A DNA stretch of 64,000 nucleotides from Mobula birostris (taxonomy: Eukaryota). The position numbers were made by a program, and so were the translations under genes. Below, piece by piece: positions 13,359 to 25,600 of the stretch. The stretch spans positions 114,478,443 through 114,542,442 of the forward strand of contig NC_092370.1 of the NCBI RefSeq assembly GCF_030028105.1. The letters are read 5' to 3'. The number at the start of each line of letters is the position of its first letter. Within the stretch, counting starts at the first letter, position 1. Under the pieces are notes generated by a model, which had not been told where the DNA came from, searched no databases, and saw only the letters and a program-made list of their open reading frames with translations.

Positions 13359-16300
13359 CCATAGAACCATAGAAACTACAGCACAGAAACAGGCCCTTTG
13401 GCCCCTCTTGGCTGTGCCGAACCATTTTCTGCCTAGTCCCACTGACCTGCACACGGACCATATCCCTCCATACACCTCCCATCCATGTATCCGTCCAATT
13501 TATTCTTAAATGTTAAAAAAGAACCCACATTTACCACCTCGTCTGGCAGCTCATTCCATACTCCCACCACTCTCTGTGTGAAGAAGCCCCCCCCAATGTT
13601 CCCTTTAAACTTTTCCCCCCTCACCCTTAACCCATGTCCTCTGGTTTTTTTCTCCCCTTGCCTCAGTGGAAAAAGCCTGCTTGCATTCACTCTATCCATA
13701 CCCATCATAATTTTATATACCTCTATCAAATCTCCCCTCATTCTTCTACGCTCCAGGGAATAAAGTCCTAACCTATTCAACCTTTCTCTGTAACTGAGTT
13801 TCTCAAGTCCCGGCAACATCCTTGTAAACCTTCTCTGCACTCTTTCAACCTTATTTATATCCTTCCTGTAATTTGGTGACCAAAACTGAACACAATAGTC
13901 CAGATTCGGCCTCACCAATGCCTTATACAACCTCATCATAACATTCCAGCTCTTATACTCAATACTTTGATTAAGAAAGGCCAATGTACCGAAAGTTCTC
14001 TTTACGACCCTATCTACCTGTGATGACCCTTTTAGGGAATTTTGTATCTGTATTCCCAGATCCCTCTGTTCCACTGCACTCCTCAGTGCCTTACCATTAA
14101 CCCTGTATATTCTACGTTGGTTTGTCCTTCCAATGTGCAATACCTCACACTTGTCAGTATTAAACTCCATCTGCCATTTTTCAGGCCATTTTTCCAGCTG
14201 GTCCAAGTCCTTCTGCAGGCTCTGAAAACCTTCCTCACTGTCTACTACACCTCCAATCTTTGTATCATCAGCAAACTTGCTGATCCAATTTACCACATTA
14301 TCATCCAAATCATTGATATAGATGACAAATAACAATGGACCCAGCACTGATCCCTGTGGCACACCACTAGTCACAGGCCTCCACTCAGAGAAGCAATTCT
14401 CTACCACCACTCTCTGGCTTCTTCCATAGAGCCAATGTCTAATCCAATTTACCACCTCTCCATGTATACCTAGCGACTGAATTTTCCTAACTAACCTCCC
14501 ATGCGGGACCTTGTCAAAGGCCTTACTGAAGTCCATGTAGACAATATCCACTGCCTTCCCTTCATCCACTTTCCTGGTAACCTCCTCGAAAAACTCCAAC
14601 AGATTGGTCAAACATGACCTACCACACACAAAGCCATGTTGACTCTCCCTAATAAGCCCCTGTCTATCCAAATGCTTGTAGATTCTGTCTCTTAGTACTC
14701 CCTCCAATAACTTACCTACTACTGGCGTTAAACTCACCGGCCTATAATTTCCTGGATTACTATTCGATCCTTTTTTAAACAATGGAACAACATGAGCCAC
14801 TCTCCAATCCTCTAGCACTTCACCCGTAGACAGCAACATTTTAAATATTTCTGCCAGGGCCCCCGCAATTTCAACACTAGTCTCCTTCAAGGTCCGAGGG
14901 AACACTCTGTCAGGTCCCGGGGATTTATCCACTTTAATTTTCCTCAAAACAGCAAGCACCTCCTCCTTTTCAATCTGTACAGTTTCCATGGTCTCACTAC
15001 TTGATTCCCTGAATTCCATAGATTTCATGCCAGCTTCCTTAGTAAGTACAGAAGCAAAAAACCTATTTAAGATCTCCCCCATTTCCTTTGGTTCCACACA
15101 AAGCCGACCACTCTGATCTTCAAGAGGACCAATTTTATCCCTTACAATCCTTTTGCTCTTAATATACTTGTAAAAGCTCTTTGGATTATCCTTTACTTTG
15201 ACTGCCAAGGCAACCTCATGTCTTCTTTCTGCCCTCCTGATTTCTTTCTTAAGTATTTTCTTGCACTTCTTATACTCCTCAAGCACCTGATTTACCCCCT
15301 GTTTCCTATACATTTCATACAACTCCCTCTTCTTCTTTATCAGAGTTGCAAAATCCCTTGAGAACCAAGGTTCCTTATTCCTATTCAATTTGCCTTTAAT
15401 CCTGACAGGAACATACAAATTCTGCACTCTCAAAATTTCCCCTTTGAAGGCTTCCCACCTACCAATCACATCTTTGCCAGAGAACAACCTGTCCCAATCC
15501 ACGCTTTTTAGATCCTTTCTCATTTCTTCAAATTTGGCCTTCTTCCAGTTCAGAACCTCAACCCTAGGACCAGATCTATCCTTGTCCATGATCAAATTGA
15601 AACTAATGGTGTTAAGATCACTGGAACCAAAGTGTTCCCCTACACAGACTTCTGTCACATGCCCTAATTAGTTTCCTAACAGGAGATCCAATATTGCATC
15701 CCCTCTAGTTGGTCCCTCTATATACTGATTTAGAAAACTTTCCTGAACACATTTTACAAACTCTAAATCATCTAGACCCCTAACAGTATGGGAGTCCCAA
15801 TCAATGTATGGAAAATTAAAATCCCCTACCACCACAACTTTATGTTTCCTGCAGTTGCCTGCTATCTCTCTGCAGATTTGCTCTTCCAAGTCTCGTTGAC
15901 TATTGGGTGGTCTGTAATACAATCCCACTAATGTGGCCATACCTTTCCTGTTTCTCAGCTCCACCCATAAGGACTCAGTAGACAAGCCCTCTAATCTGTC
16001 CTGCCTGAGCATTGCTGTAATATTTTCCCTAACAAGCAATTCTACTCCCCCACCTTTCATTCCTCTGCCTCGATCACATCTGAAACATTGGAACCCTGGA
16101 ATATTAAGCTGCCAGTCCTGCCCCTCCTGTAGCCAAGTTTCACTAATTGCTACAACATCATAATTCCACGTGTCAATCCACGCCCTCAACTCATCCACCT
16201 TCCCCGCAATACTCCTAGCATTGAAATATATACACCTCAGAAGATTTTTACCACCACTCACAACCTTTCTATCAGCAGATTTGCTTAAACTTTCAATATC

Positions 16301-17623
16301 ATTTATTTTCACCCCAGCCACACTGTCAGCTCTGGCACTCTGGTTCCCATCCCCCTGCAAATCTGGTTTAAAGCCTCCCCAATAGCACTAACAAACCTCC
16401 CTGAAAGGATATTGGTCCCCCTGTGGTTCAAGTGTAACCCGTCTCTCTTGTACAGGTCCCACCTGACCCAATGATCCTGGAATCTGAAACCCTGCCCCCT
16501 ACATCAGTTCCTCAGCCACTTGTTCCTCCTCCAGAGCATCCTATTCCTACCTTCACTGGCACCTAGCACAGGTAGCAATCCTGACATTACCACCCTTGAG
16601 GTCCTGCTTTTCAACTTCCTACCAAGCTCTCTATATCACTGTCCAGGACCTCTTCACTCTTCCTTGCTATGTCATTGGTACCGATGTGCACCACGACATC
16701 TGGCTGGTCACCCTCCCATTTCAGAATGTCATGCAATCGATCAGAGACATCCTTGACCCTGGCACCTGCGAGGCAACAAACCATCCTGGATTCTCTGTCA
16801 CAACCACAGAACCTTCTATCTGCACCTCTAACTGTCGAGTCCCCTATTACTACCGCTCTCCTCTTTTTCCCCCCTCCCTTCTGCACTGCAGTCTTTTCCC
16901 CCCTCCCTTCTGCACTGCAGAGCCAGATTCAGTGCCAGAGATCCGGCTACTGCAGCTAGTCCCAGGTAAGTCATCCCCCCCAACAGTATCCAATGCAGTA
17001 TATGCGGTATACTTGTTGTTGAGGGGAATGACCACAGGGGAACCCTGCTCTGCCTGCCCTTTCCTCTTCCCTCGCCTGACAGTGACCCAATTTCCTGTCC
17101 TCTGCTCCTTTGGTGTAACTACCTCCCTGTAGCTACGATCTATAATCTCCTCATTCTCCCGAATGATCAGCAGGTCATGAAGCTCCTGCTCCAGTTCCCT
17201 AACGCGGTTTGTCAGGAGCTGCAGCTGGATGCACTTCTTGCAGGTGTCGTTGTCAGGGACACCGGAGGGCTCCCTGACTTCCCACATCCTACAAGAGGAC
17301 CATTCCAACATCCTGCCTGGCATTCTCTCTACGCTAGACAATCTGAACAAAAACTTACCGGAACCTACCCTGGCCTCTACCTGTTCTCGCCGAAGCCTGT
17401 TTGAGCCAAAGCCGCCCCACTCTGACTCAGTCCACTCCAACGATGGCCGCTGCATATGGTGGTCTACTTTTTTTAACCTTGGCGCGCTACGTCACGCGCC
17501 TGCGCAGTGCAGACCCTTCTCCCCGAGCAGTTTTTTTTAAAACAAAACGACTTTTTCGACCCGAATTCTTCCGCTCACTTCTTCAGCTACTTGCTTCGAC
17601 TGAAACAAGAACCGTTGAAATTT
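13359..17623 (-). mobile_element. Near full-length CR1 LINE (4265 bp): CpG-rich 5' UTR, broken ORF1 (Cys-pair/leucine zipper plus esterase), ORF2
   Basis: The (TATGGTTC)n tail is at 13359-13375. The empty site gatattgactta|tctcaaagcg is visible at about 23298-23319 in the duplicated cassette. Confidence 0.95.
13433..16360 (-). pseudogene. CR1 ORF2 (APE endonuclease plus reverse transcriptase) with a single in-frame stop
   Basis: ORFs 15668-16360 and 13433-15658 are in the same frame, separated only by TAA at 15670-15668. Motifs include YFNARS, SETW, GDFN, PQGSVLGP and FADD. Confidence 0.95.
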
Positions 17624-17811
17624 TCTCAAAGCGTTTGCTGAATCCAGTTCTCGCTATCAGTTATTAATACCACGTGAAGAAATTCAAAACCGCATTCTTA
17701 GGCAACCTGTACGATGCCCATGAGAGTGCGGCAGGTTCCAGCAATGTTCTTGCTGAGTGCACTCCAACACGCATCCCAGGTCAAGTTGGTCCACATTTCC
17801 TGCAGTATGTG

Positions 17812-18139
17812 AATCAACTCGCTCCAGTGCCATATATGGAAGTGTCTGGTCAAGTTACATTACTTACAGTCAAACGCCAGGTACCTCTATCACGATGCCT
17901 GGGTACCTCATACCTCACAGACACAGTTAGCAGCAGAATGGTGTAAATGTGAGTGTTCTCCTCGTTGGCTCCAGGTCCCACAATGTTTCCTCGTCTAAGG
18001 TTAAACTGTCGAGGAAACGTTCTTGATTGCCACCTACTATCTTTCATTGGCTGATAAAGCACTGGTTCTCCATGTTGTACAACTCTGGAGGATTTGCCGA
18101 GAATAGGAAGAGCACAGAAAGTACTCTCGGTGAGGACAT
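17812..18139 (-). pseudogene. Hidden V-segment pseudogene (leader 18139-18097; V-like exon about 18084-17812)
   Basis: A leader MSSPRVLSVLFLFS precedes VLYQP...RYEVPRHRDRGTWRLTVSNVT*PDTSIY, with R75, aromatic 87, L89, D98 and Y102 at IMGT spacing. C23 is TTT, a WSQRGE motif sits in a shifted frame, and CACATAC follows the exon. Confidence 0.75.
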
Positions 18140-18542
18140 CTGTTGTTTTAGAACAGAGAACAGCACGGTACAGTGCAGGCCCTTCGGCCCGTGATGTTGT
18201 ACTGACTCTTTAAATGTGATAAATCAATCTGAGACGGAATCGGAAATTGCGTGCAATCCACACCAATAGTGAATTGGGACCAAGGTGCACATGTCAGTAT
18301 TTCCCGTTTGTGAGCGGCGGGTTCGGGGATCGGGAGTCAGTGGTTAACGCTCAGTTCCCCGCCCGGGAGATCAGTTTCTCCCGGAGGCCACGCTGCCTGT
18401 TTCTGGTGACAGAATCCCTTTGTCGCTGCCTCTTGAGCAAACCCCAACATTCTGCCCGGCAGATATAGGTAAACGCAAGTCTAGCTGTGGGGGTCGCTGC
18501 AGCCTCTGGATCAGCAGTTTCGTTTGACTGGCTGCTCGTCGA

Positions 18543-18580
18543 GGTTTTTGTGCTGAGTTTGTTATCTATTATATACTGTG
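18543..18580 (-). other. RSS of V3 (22-nt spacer)
   Basis: CACAGTA (18580-18574), a 22-nt spacer, then ACAAAAACC (18551-18543). Confidence 0.92.
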
Positions 18581-19009
18581 TCAACCCAGCAGGCGCAGTA
18601 GTAGGTGGCAGCGCTTTCAGCGTTAACTTCGACATTGAGATAGAATTTGGAAGCTGTAGTTTCTCCCGCGTCGAAGGAGGTCCCGAATTCCGAATCCCGC
18701 GTTACGCTATCTCCATGGTACAGTATCCTTTGGAGCGGCTTTCCGGGTTTCTGTTGGTACCAGTGAAGGGGATCACTGCTGCTGATGGAGACTCCTTTCA
18801 CTTGACACCGTACTCGCACGACTCTCCCAACAGGTGCGGTAATCGATGCTTGGAGCTGGGTCAGAGTCTGAGCCACACTTCTACCTACAAAAAGAGGAGA
18901 AAACGATAAAAAAAAAAATCTTCGCGGCGGCAAGGAGCGATAAAAGTTGAAGAGGTGTTGGTAACGCACAGCTGAAAAGCAGCACCAAGAACCAGGGACC
19001 CTGCCACAT
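18581..19009 (-). CDS. TRGV: TCR gamma V segment V3 (leader 19009-18970, intron 85 nt, V exon 18884-18581)
   Basis: Leader MWQGPWFLVLLFS with a phase-1 GTGCGT donor and TAG acceptor. The V domain has VRC, LHWYQQKPG and YYCACW, with no stops. Confidence 0.9.
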
Positions 19010-21099
19010 GCTTGTTGCGCCGGGTCAGTGTTTGTAATCTGAGAGGAAGCGCAGTTTATCAGCTTTTGTTTTCGAGGCTGAACCCGCCTCAGCTCCTACC
19101 CCGAACCGTGTCCAAATCACTTCTTTACATGAAGCTGGTAGCGCCGCCTTTCTTAGGGAACGGGTGTCAGGGGCGGGGCACGCCCCAGTTCATTTCTTCC
19201 TTTCATAATTTGGGGAGGTTGGCTTGAATATCCCTCAATGCCACTCGGCCCCTCGGTCCTGTTTGCACAAGTTATTCCGATTAAAACTGATCTTTGTCCT
19301 AAACAAGACCAGGAAATTATGGAAACACTCAGCAAGCCAGGCAATATTAGTGGAGTGATGCAGATTTAAAGTTCCTGGTCGAAATTTCAGAAATATATCT
19401 ACCAACGTTATCCTCTGGTGTTTACCAATTTCGTTCCACCTCCTAGATCCCGACTGTCAGTAAAACCCCCCTGTCTCTTGCCGAAACCTCTCAGAATGAT
19501 CTCCTCAACTTTCTCGTTTGCGTGGGCACTGGATTCGAGGCGCCGCCTTCATGTCAACGTTTGTTTGTTCAGCTCTGCGTCCTGTTGATGCAGAGTCTCC
19601 TAAAATGTCTTCGATGGCGGGGATGGTTGTGTCCGTGAGGGAGCTGGTTGAGTTGACAACCCTCTACACCCTCTTGTATTGCAGGCTCCAAACAAGCTGA
19701 ATATTCTCCGTGGTATATCTGTAAAAGTACTGCAGGAATCTCTGCTGACACACCACATCTCCTCAAACTCCGAATGAAACAGTTTTTTTTTCTGAACCAG
19801 GCGCTCCATATCTCTTGAAAACCAAGTTTCCCTACATCTGTTATCTTTACCGTTTATTCTGACAGGCCTGTACGAGCTTTGTACTCTTGGAATTCACTTC
19901 TGAAGGCCACCGACTTACCTGGAACACCTTTGCAGAATCAGCCTGTCCAAATCCATACTTTCCAGATCCTTTCTGATACCATCAATATTGCCCTTTGTCC
20001 AATTTAGAATCTCGACCCACGAACCACGCCTATCATTTTCCATATTTACGTTGAAACTAATAGCATTATAATGACAAGATGCAAAGTGTTCCCCGACGTA
20101 AACAACGATCACCGATCCGGTCTCGTTCCCTGAAAGAAGATCTAGTATCGCACAATCATTTATGTGCCGATGAAGGGCAGTTTCCTGAACACATATGACA
20201 AACTCTATCCCATTTCGTCTTTTTTACAGTATCGGAGTCATAGTCAATATGTAGAAATGCATTTTCCCAGTATAAAGACATATACTAGTCGAATTCACAG
20301 CACCGAAACGGGCCCTTCTGCACAACTCGTCCATACTGCCCAGAGCCAGTCCCATTTGCCTACGTAAGACCGATATTGCTCTCTAAACTATCCAATCGCA
20401 AACAGACTGAATGTTTTGAAATTTTGTAATTGGCGAGTTAAATTGCATCTGCTATTTCCTGGCCCATTATCCTCGATGATTCACATAGATCTTGTCTTAA
20501 TCTCAAGGAGCCTTCTTCATTGTCCACTACACGGCTGAGTTTGATTTCATTCACAAACTTTCTAACCATGCTGACTATATGCATCCATGTCATTAACGTA
20601 CGTCTGTAGGTAATCAACAATAGTGGACCCAGCATGATCCCTGTGGAACACCAATGATCACAGATTCCACACCACATTTGGACTGTTAACATCAGGCTAA
20701 GTCTGTACGCAAGTGGCTCGTCCGTTCTTAATCGCATGTGTTCCGATCTTTTGGACCATTTTACCATGCGGAACTTTGTTAAAATTTGCTAAAACTCTTA
20801 CCACCCTGCTCTCGTTGATCTTGGACACCTCTTCAAAAAAAACAAATTAAATTCTTGCAATGATATCCCATGCACAATATCATGCTGATTATTTGATGAG
20901 CCGTTTCAATCCCAATTGCTCGTTTATCCCATATCTCCTTGTAGATTTTCCGGCTCTGATTTTAGGCTCGCCTCCCTGTAGCTCCTTAGTTTGTCCTTAC
21001 ACCACTTTTCAAACAGTAACCGCCTTATTCTCTTCTGTTACCAACAGTTATAGAAATATCTCCGCCAGGTCCCCCAAAAATAGTTTATGTGTTTGTTTA

Positions 21100-21350
21100 T
21101 TGATATCTAACGGGGAACAGGACCATCCAGCCATTCAGGCCACGTCGCTTAGCAAACCCCGATGTATTCTTAGCCTCATCACAGGCGATTTACATTGGCC
21201 AATTCACCCACGAGCAGTAGATCTTTGGAATGTGGGAGGAAAGCGGAGCACCCGGAGAGCGTACAAACCGCTTGCAGGCAGTGGCGGAAATTGAACCCGG
21301 ACTACCTGTACTGTAAAGCGTTGTGCTAACTACTACGCTACACTGCCGTT
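21100..21350 (-). mobile_element. tRNA-derived SINE (HE1/V-SINE-like)
   Basis: cggcagtgtagcgtagtagttagcacaacgc head, cgggttcaatttcc box B, and gggtgctccgctttcctcccaca central motif. Confidence 0.75.
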
Positions 21351-23444
21351 CCCCGCTTTTCCACGGTTTCATAGAATGAACTTGGTCTGGCCCTGGGACC
21401 GTATCCACCTTGATGCATTTTAAAACTGTCAGCACCTTCCCTTTTGAAATGTCGATACAGTTCAAGACACCATCTCCTCTACCGTGAATTTCGTAGCTTT
21501 CCTGGTGTTTCCTACAGTAATTGCAGATAAGAAATATTCATTTGAGATCCCGCCCTGCCTCCTGTGATTCCACAATCGTTCTGGTTACCTTTTCACTTTT
21601 GATATTCTTTTAGAACATCTTAGGATTCCGCTTTGCTTTTTCTGCCAAAACGATCTGATGTAGTTGTCCTCCTTATTTTCCTCTTAAGTGTACTCCTCTA
21701 TCTTATGTATGGCTCAGGGTCTTCACTTGATTCCAACTGACAATTCGTGATATATGTTCCTTTTCCCTGAAGAAACCCTCAATACCCCTCATCAGGTAGG
21801 GTTGCATAATCCTGCCATCACTGGCCTCCAATCTAACAGGGTATACTTAAATCAGGTAGGCTCTTGATTGCTAAGGGTATGAAAGGTTACGGGGAGAAAT
21901 CAGGAAAATGACATTGACAGCGGGTAAAAATCAACGATGATGGAATGGGGGACAGACTCGATGGCCCAAATTCCTTAATTCTGCTCCTATGTCTTATGGT
22001 CTTATGCGTCTCTGAACACTCCCTATCACACTTTCGGGCGCCTGCCACTCCCCTTACTTGCAAACAGCTTCTCCCAATCAGTTTTTGCAGAATCCCATCT
22101 AATGCCTTCAAAATTAGCCTTTCACCAATCTAGGACTTTAACTTGATGGCCAGTCCTGTCTTTTCCTAAATTCATTGAAAGACTGATAGTCAGTGATCGC
22201 AGTGTGACCCTCTCCCAAAGGTCACTTGCTCCGCCTAATTTTTCAACAACAGATCAATCGTTTCCTCTCTTGTTAATTTATTTTTTGAGATATAGCACGG
22301 AACCAGCCCTTCTGACACTTCGGGAAATCCCTGATTTAATCCTGTGCTAATCACGGTACAATTTACAATGACCAAGTAGCCTACCAAGCGATACGTCTTT
22401 AAAGTTTGAGAGGGAACCAGAGCAACCAGAGGAACGGGGAGAAAGTACAAACTCCTTACAGGCGGCGACAGGAATTAGCCCAATGTTCACCACTACGATA
22501 GCATGCCGCCCCAGTCTTTGGTGAGGCAATCTATATATTATTTGAGAAAAATTGGGAACAGTAGACAGTGAGTTTGAGAGGTGCTATCAGAAATTCCCTT
22601 GCATTCAGTAGCCTGGATGTCTTACAAATATTCAGTGCAGCTGGTAACAAGAATGAATGTTCAGGACAATTGTTTGCTGTTAATAAAAGAGGTTGCATAC
22701 ACCTCAATAAAAAGTTCGTCTTAACGCCCCTAATTTGTTTCACAGAAAATGGAGAGGCTTTGAAATATCAGAAAATGTGTTGCTTGCCCCGGAATAACCA
22801 ACCACATTCAAAGTTCAAAGTTGAATTTATTAGCAGATTGCATACATATCACCATATACAGCCTTGAGATTCTTTTTCTGCGGGTATACGTGTTGGGTGG
22901 CTGGTCCAATTGTACTTATGGTCTCGGATATCAAGGGTAGTTAATTGGAAACACTTGTTGAAGATTGATAATGCCTGGACGCTTGTGACAAGGTGCAAAG
23001 TTTATTAAATACACAAGCCTGGGAAAAAATAACTTGAAACCACCCGTTGTTATGCGATCCTTGGAGTGAAGCCCACTTACTGCCCATTGACTTGAGTTTT
23101 TCTGAGGCTCCTGTGAGCTACAGTAAACCAAATATTGTCCTGTTATCAAAAGCAGTCACTCTCACCTCATCTCTAGAGTACAGTTCTTTAGTCCCTGTTT
23201 TGTGTTGTAAATAGCCAGATTGGATTTGTCCATCTTTATATGTACAGAACATCACTAGACAATTTTACTTGTTTACTCAGCGATACAGTGCATTCGGGAT
23301 ATTGACTTATCTCAAAGCGTTTGCTGAATACAGTTCTCTCAGTCGTGAAAAAACTCAAAACCGTATTCCATGCGTCATGTACGATGCCCATGACAGTGCT
23401 GCAGGTTCCTGCAATGTTCCGTGCTCAGTGCACTCTAACAAAAC

Positions 23445-24050
23445 AACTTTAGATTTTTTTTAGATTATGAAGACACGCAGTCCCCTTTTATTAAAATTTA
23501 GTAATACATGCATTAAGAAATGATACATTATTTCCTCCGGTGTGATATCACAAAACACAGGGCAAACCAATACTGAAAAACCTGACAAAACCACATAATT
23601 ATGCATATAGTTACAAACAGTGTAACAATACCATACCTTGATGAAGAAAGTCCCTGAGCACAGTAAAGTTCAAAGTTTCCCAAATGTCTCACATCTCACG
23701 CAGACGGGAGATGGAAGAAAAACTCTCCCTGCCAAGCCGACCACAATGCGACTCTGAGTCATCCGAAAACTTCGAGCTCTGATCAGCTCTCCGACACCGA
23801 GTACTGAGCGGCATCTCTGCCGAACGATTCGACCTCCTTCTCCGACGCCAAAAGCAGGCAAGGCCGGGGATTTTGAGGGCTTCCCTCCGAAAGATTGCCG
23901 ACCGCACAGTAACGACAGCAGCGGACGGGTGTTTCAAAAATCTCTCCAGATGTTCCTCTGTGCTTTCACGTTCATTGTCTATCAAATCAGAATTGTCCAC
24001 GCCCCTATTTAACAGATACGATATCATTTTTCTTGGTCCACGTTTGCAAT
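23445..24050. mobile_element. Unclassified CpG-rich insertion specific to the second duplicated cassette
   Basis: Homology to cassette A breaks at gtgcactctaaca (about 23437) and resumes only near 24130. No recognisable protein motif was found. Confidence 0.35.
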
Positions 24051-24242
24051 GTGCGAATCAGGAATGGTCTGCAACCTCGTCACTAAAACGGAGAAATTCC
24101 CTTCTTTCTAATGGAATTGCTGACACTTCAGGAGCATGAGCTTCTCTCCCTGCCTCTTGAGCAGAGCCCAACTCCTGCCCGGCAGTTATAGGTAACCTGC
24201 AGCGTCCGGATCGGCGGTTCCCTTTGACTGGCTGCTCGTCGA

Positions 24243-24280
24243 GGTTTTTGTGCTGAGCTTGTTAGCTATTACATACTGTG
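24243..24280 (-). other. RSS of V4 (22-nt spacer)
   Basis: CACAGTA (24280-24274), a 22-nt spacer, then ACAAAAACC (24251-24243). Confidence 0.92.
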
Positions 24281-24705
24281 TTAACCCAGTAGGCGCAGTA
24301 ATAGGTGGCAGCGCTTTCAGCGTTGACTTCGATTGTGAGATAGAATTTGGAATCTGATGATTTTCCCGCGCTGAAGGATTTTCCGAATTCCGAATCCCGC
24401 GTTACGCTATCTCCATAGTAGAGTATCCTTTGGAGCGGTTTGCCGGGTTTCTGTTGGTACCAGTGAAGGGGGTTATTGCTGCTGACGGAGATGTCTTTCA
24501 CTTGACACCGAACGCTCACAGTTTTCCCGACAGGTACGGTAATCGATGCTCTGGACTGACTGAGGGACTGAGCCACACTTCTACCTGCAAAAAGAGCAGA
24601 AAACGGTAAAAGAATCTGCGCGGCGGGAAGGAGCGATAAAAGTTGAAGAGGTGTTGGTAACGCACAGCTGAAAAGCAGCACCACGAACCAGGGACCCTGC
24701 CACAT
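24281..24705 (-). CDS. TRGV: TCR gamma V segment V4 (leader 24705-24666, intron 81 nt, V exon 24584-24281), paralog of V3
   Basis: Leader MWQGPWFVVLLFS with a GTGCGT donor and CAG acceptor. The V domain has VRC, LHWYQQKPG and YYCAYW, and aligns gap-free to V3 at an offset of 5700. Confidence 0.9.
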
Positions 24706-25149
24706 GCTTGTTGCGCCGGGTCAGTGTTTGGAATCTGAGAGGAAGCGCAGTTTATCAGCTTTTGTTGTCGTGGCTGAACCCGCCTCAGCTCCTACCCCGA
24801 ACCGTGTCCAAATCACTTATTTACACGAGACTGATAGCGCCGCCTTTCTTAGGGGGCGGGTGTTAGGGGCGGGGCACGCCCCAGTTTATTTCTTCCTTTC
24901 ATAATTTGGAGAGGTTTACTTGAATATCCCTCAATGTCACTCGGCCCCTCGGTCCCGTTTCCACAAACTGATCTTTATCTTAAACAGGACCAGAATATTA
25001 TGGAAATACTCAGCAATCCAAGCAATATTTCTCTTTTGCGTGGTTGCTAGATCCCCAGCGCCGCCTTCACGTCAATTCTCGTTCAGCTCTGCGCCCTATT
25101 GGTGAACCAGAAAGAGAGTCAGGCTTATTACCACAGACGTAAATCGCGA

Positions 25150-25600
25150 AATGTGTTGCTTTGCGACAGTAGAACAGTGCAAGACTGAAACATCAGTATC
25201 AGTTACAAAAATAATAAATAAAAGAAGACCTTTGTCTCATGGGCCCTTCAGAAATCTGATTGCGGAGGGGAAGAAACGGTTGTTAAAATATGGAATGTGG
25301 ATATTTAGATTCTTCTGCCTCTTCCTGATGGTATGAACGCGAATGGTGTCCCGGATGGTGAGGGTCTTTAATAATGAATGCCTCCTTCTTGAAGCACTGC
25401 CTCTTAAACTGTCTTCGATGGCGGGGATGGTTGTGCCCGTGAGGGAGCTGGTTGAATCGACAACCCTCTACAACCTCTAGCATTGCAGATTCCATACAAG
25501 CTGAATATTCTGCGTGGTATATCTGTAAATCTATTGTAGGAGTCTCTGCTCACACACCACATCTCCTCAAACTCCGAATGAAATGGTGACCTTTGCGGTT
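25150..25600 (-). mobile_element. Rex1/Babar LINE fragment (paralogous piece at about 19575-19790)
   Basis: HNHPRHRR...IIKDPHHPGH peptide similar to the Rex1 copy at 33.6-35.2 kb. Confidence 0.7.
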
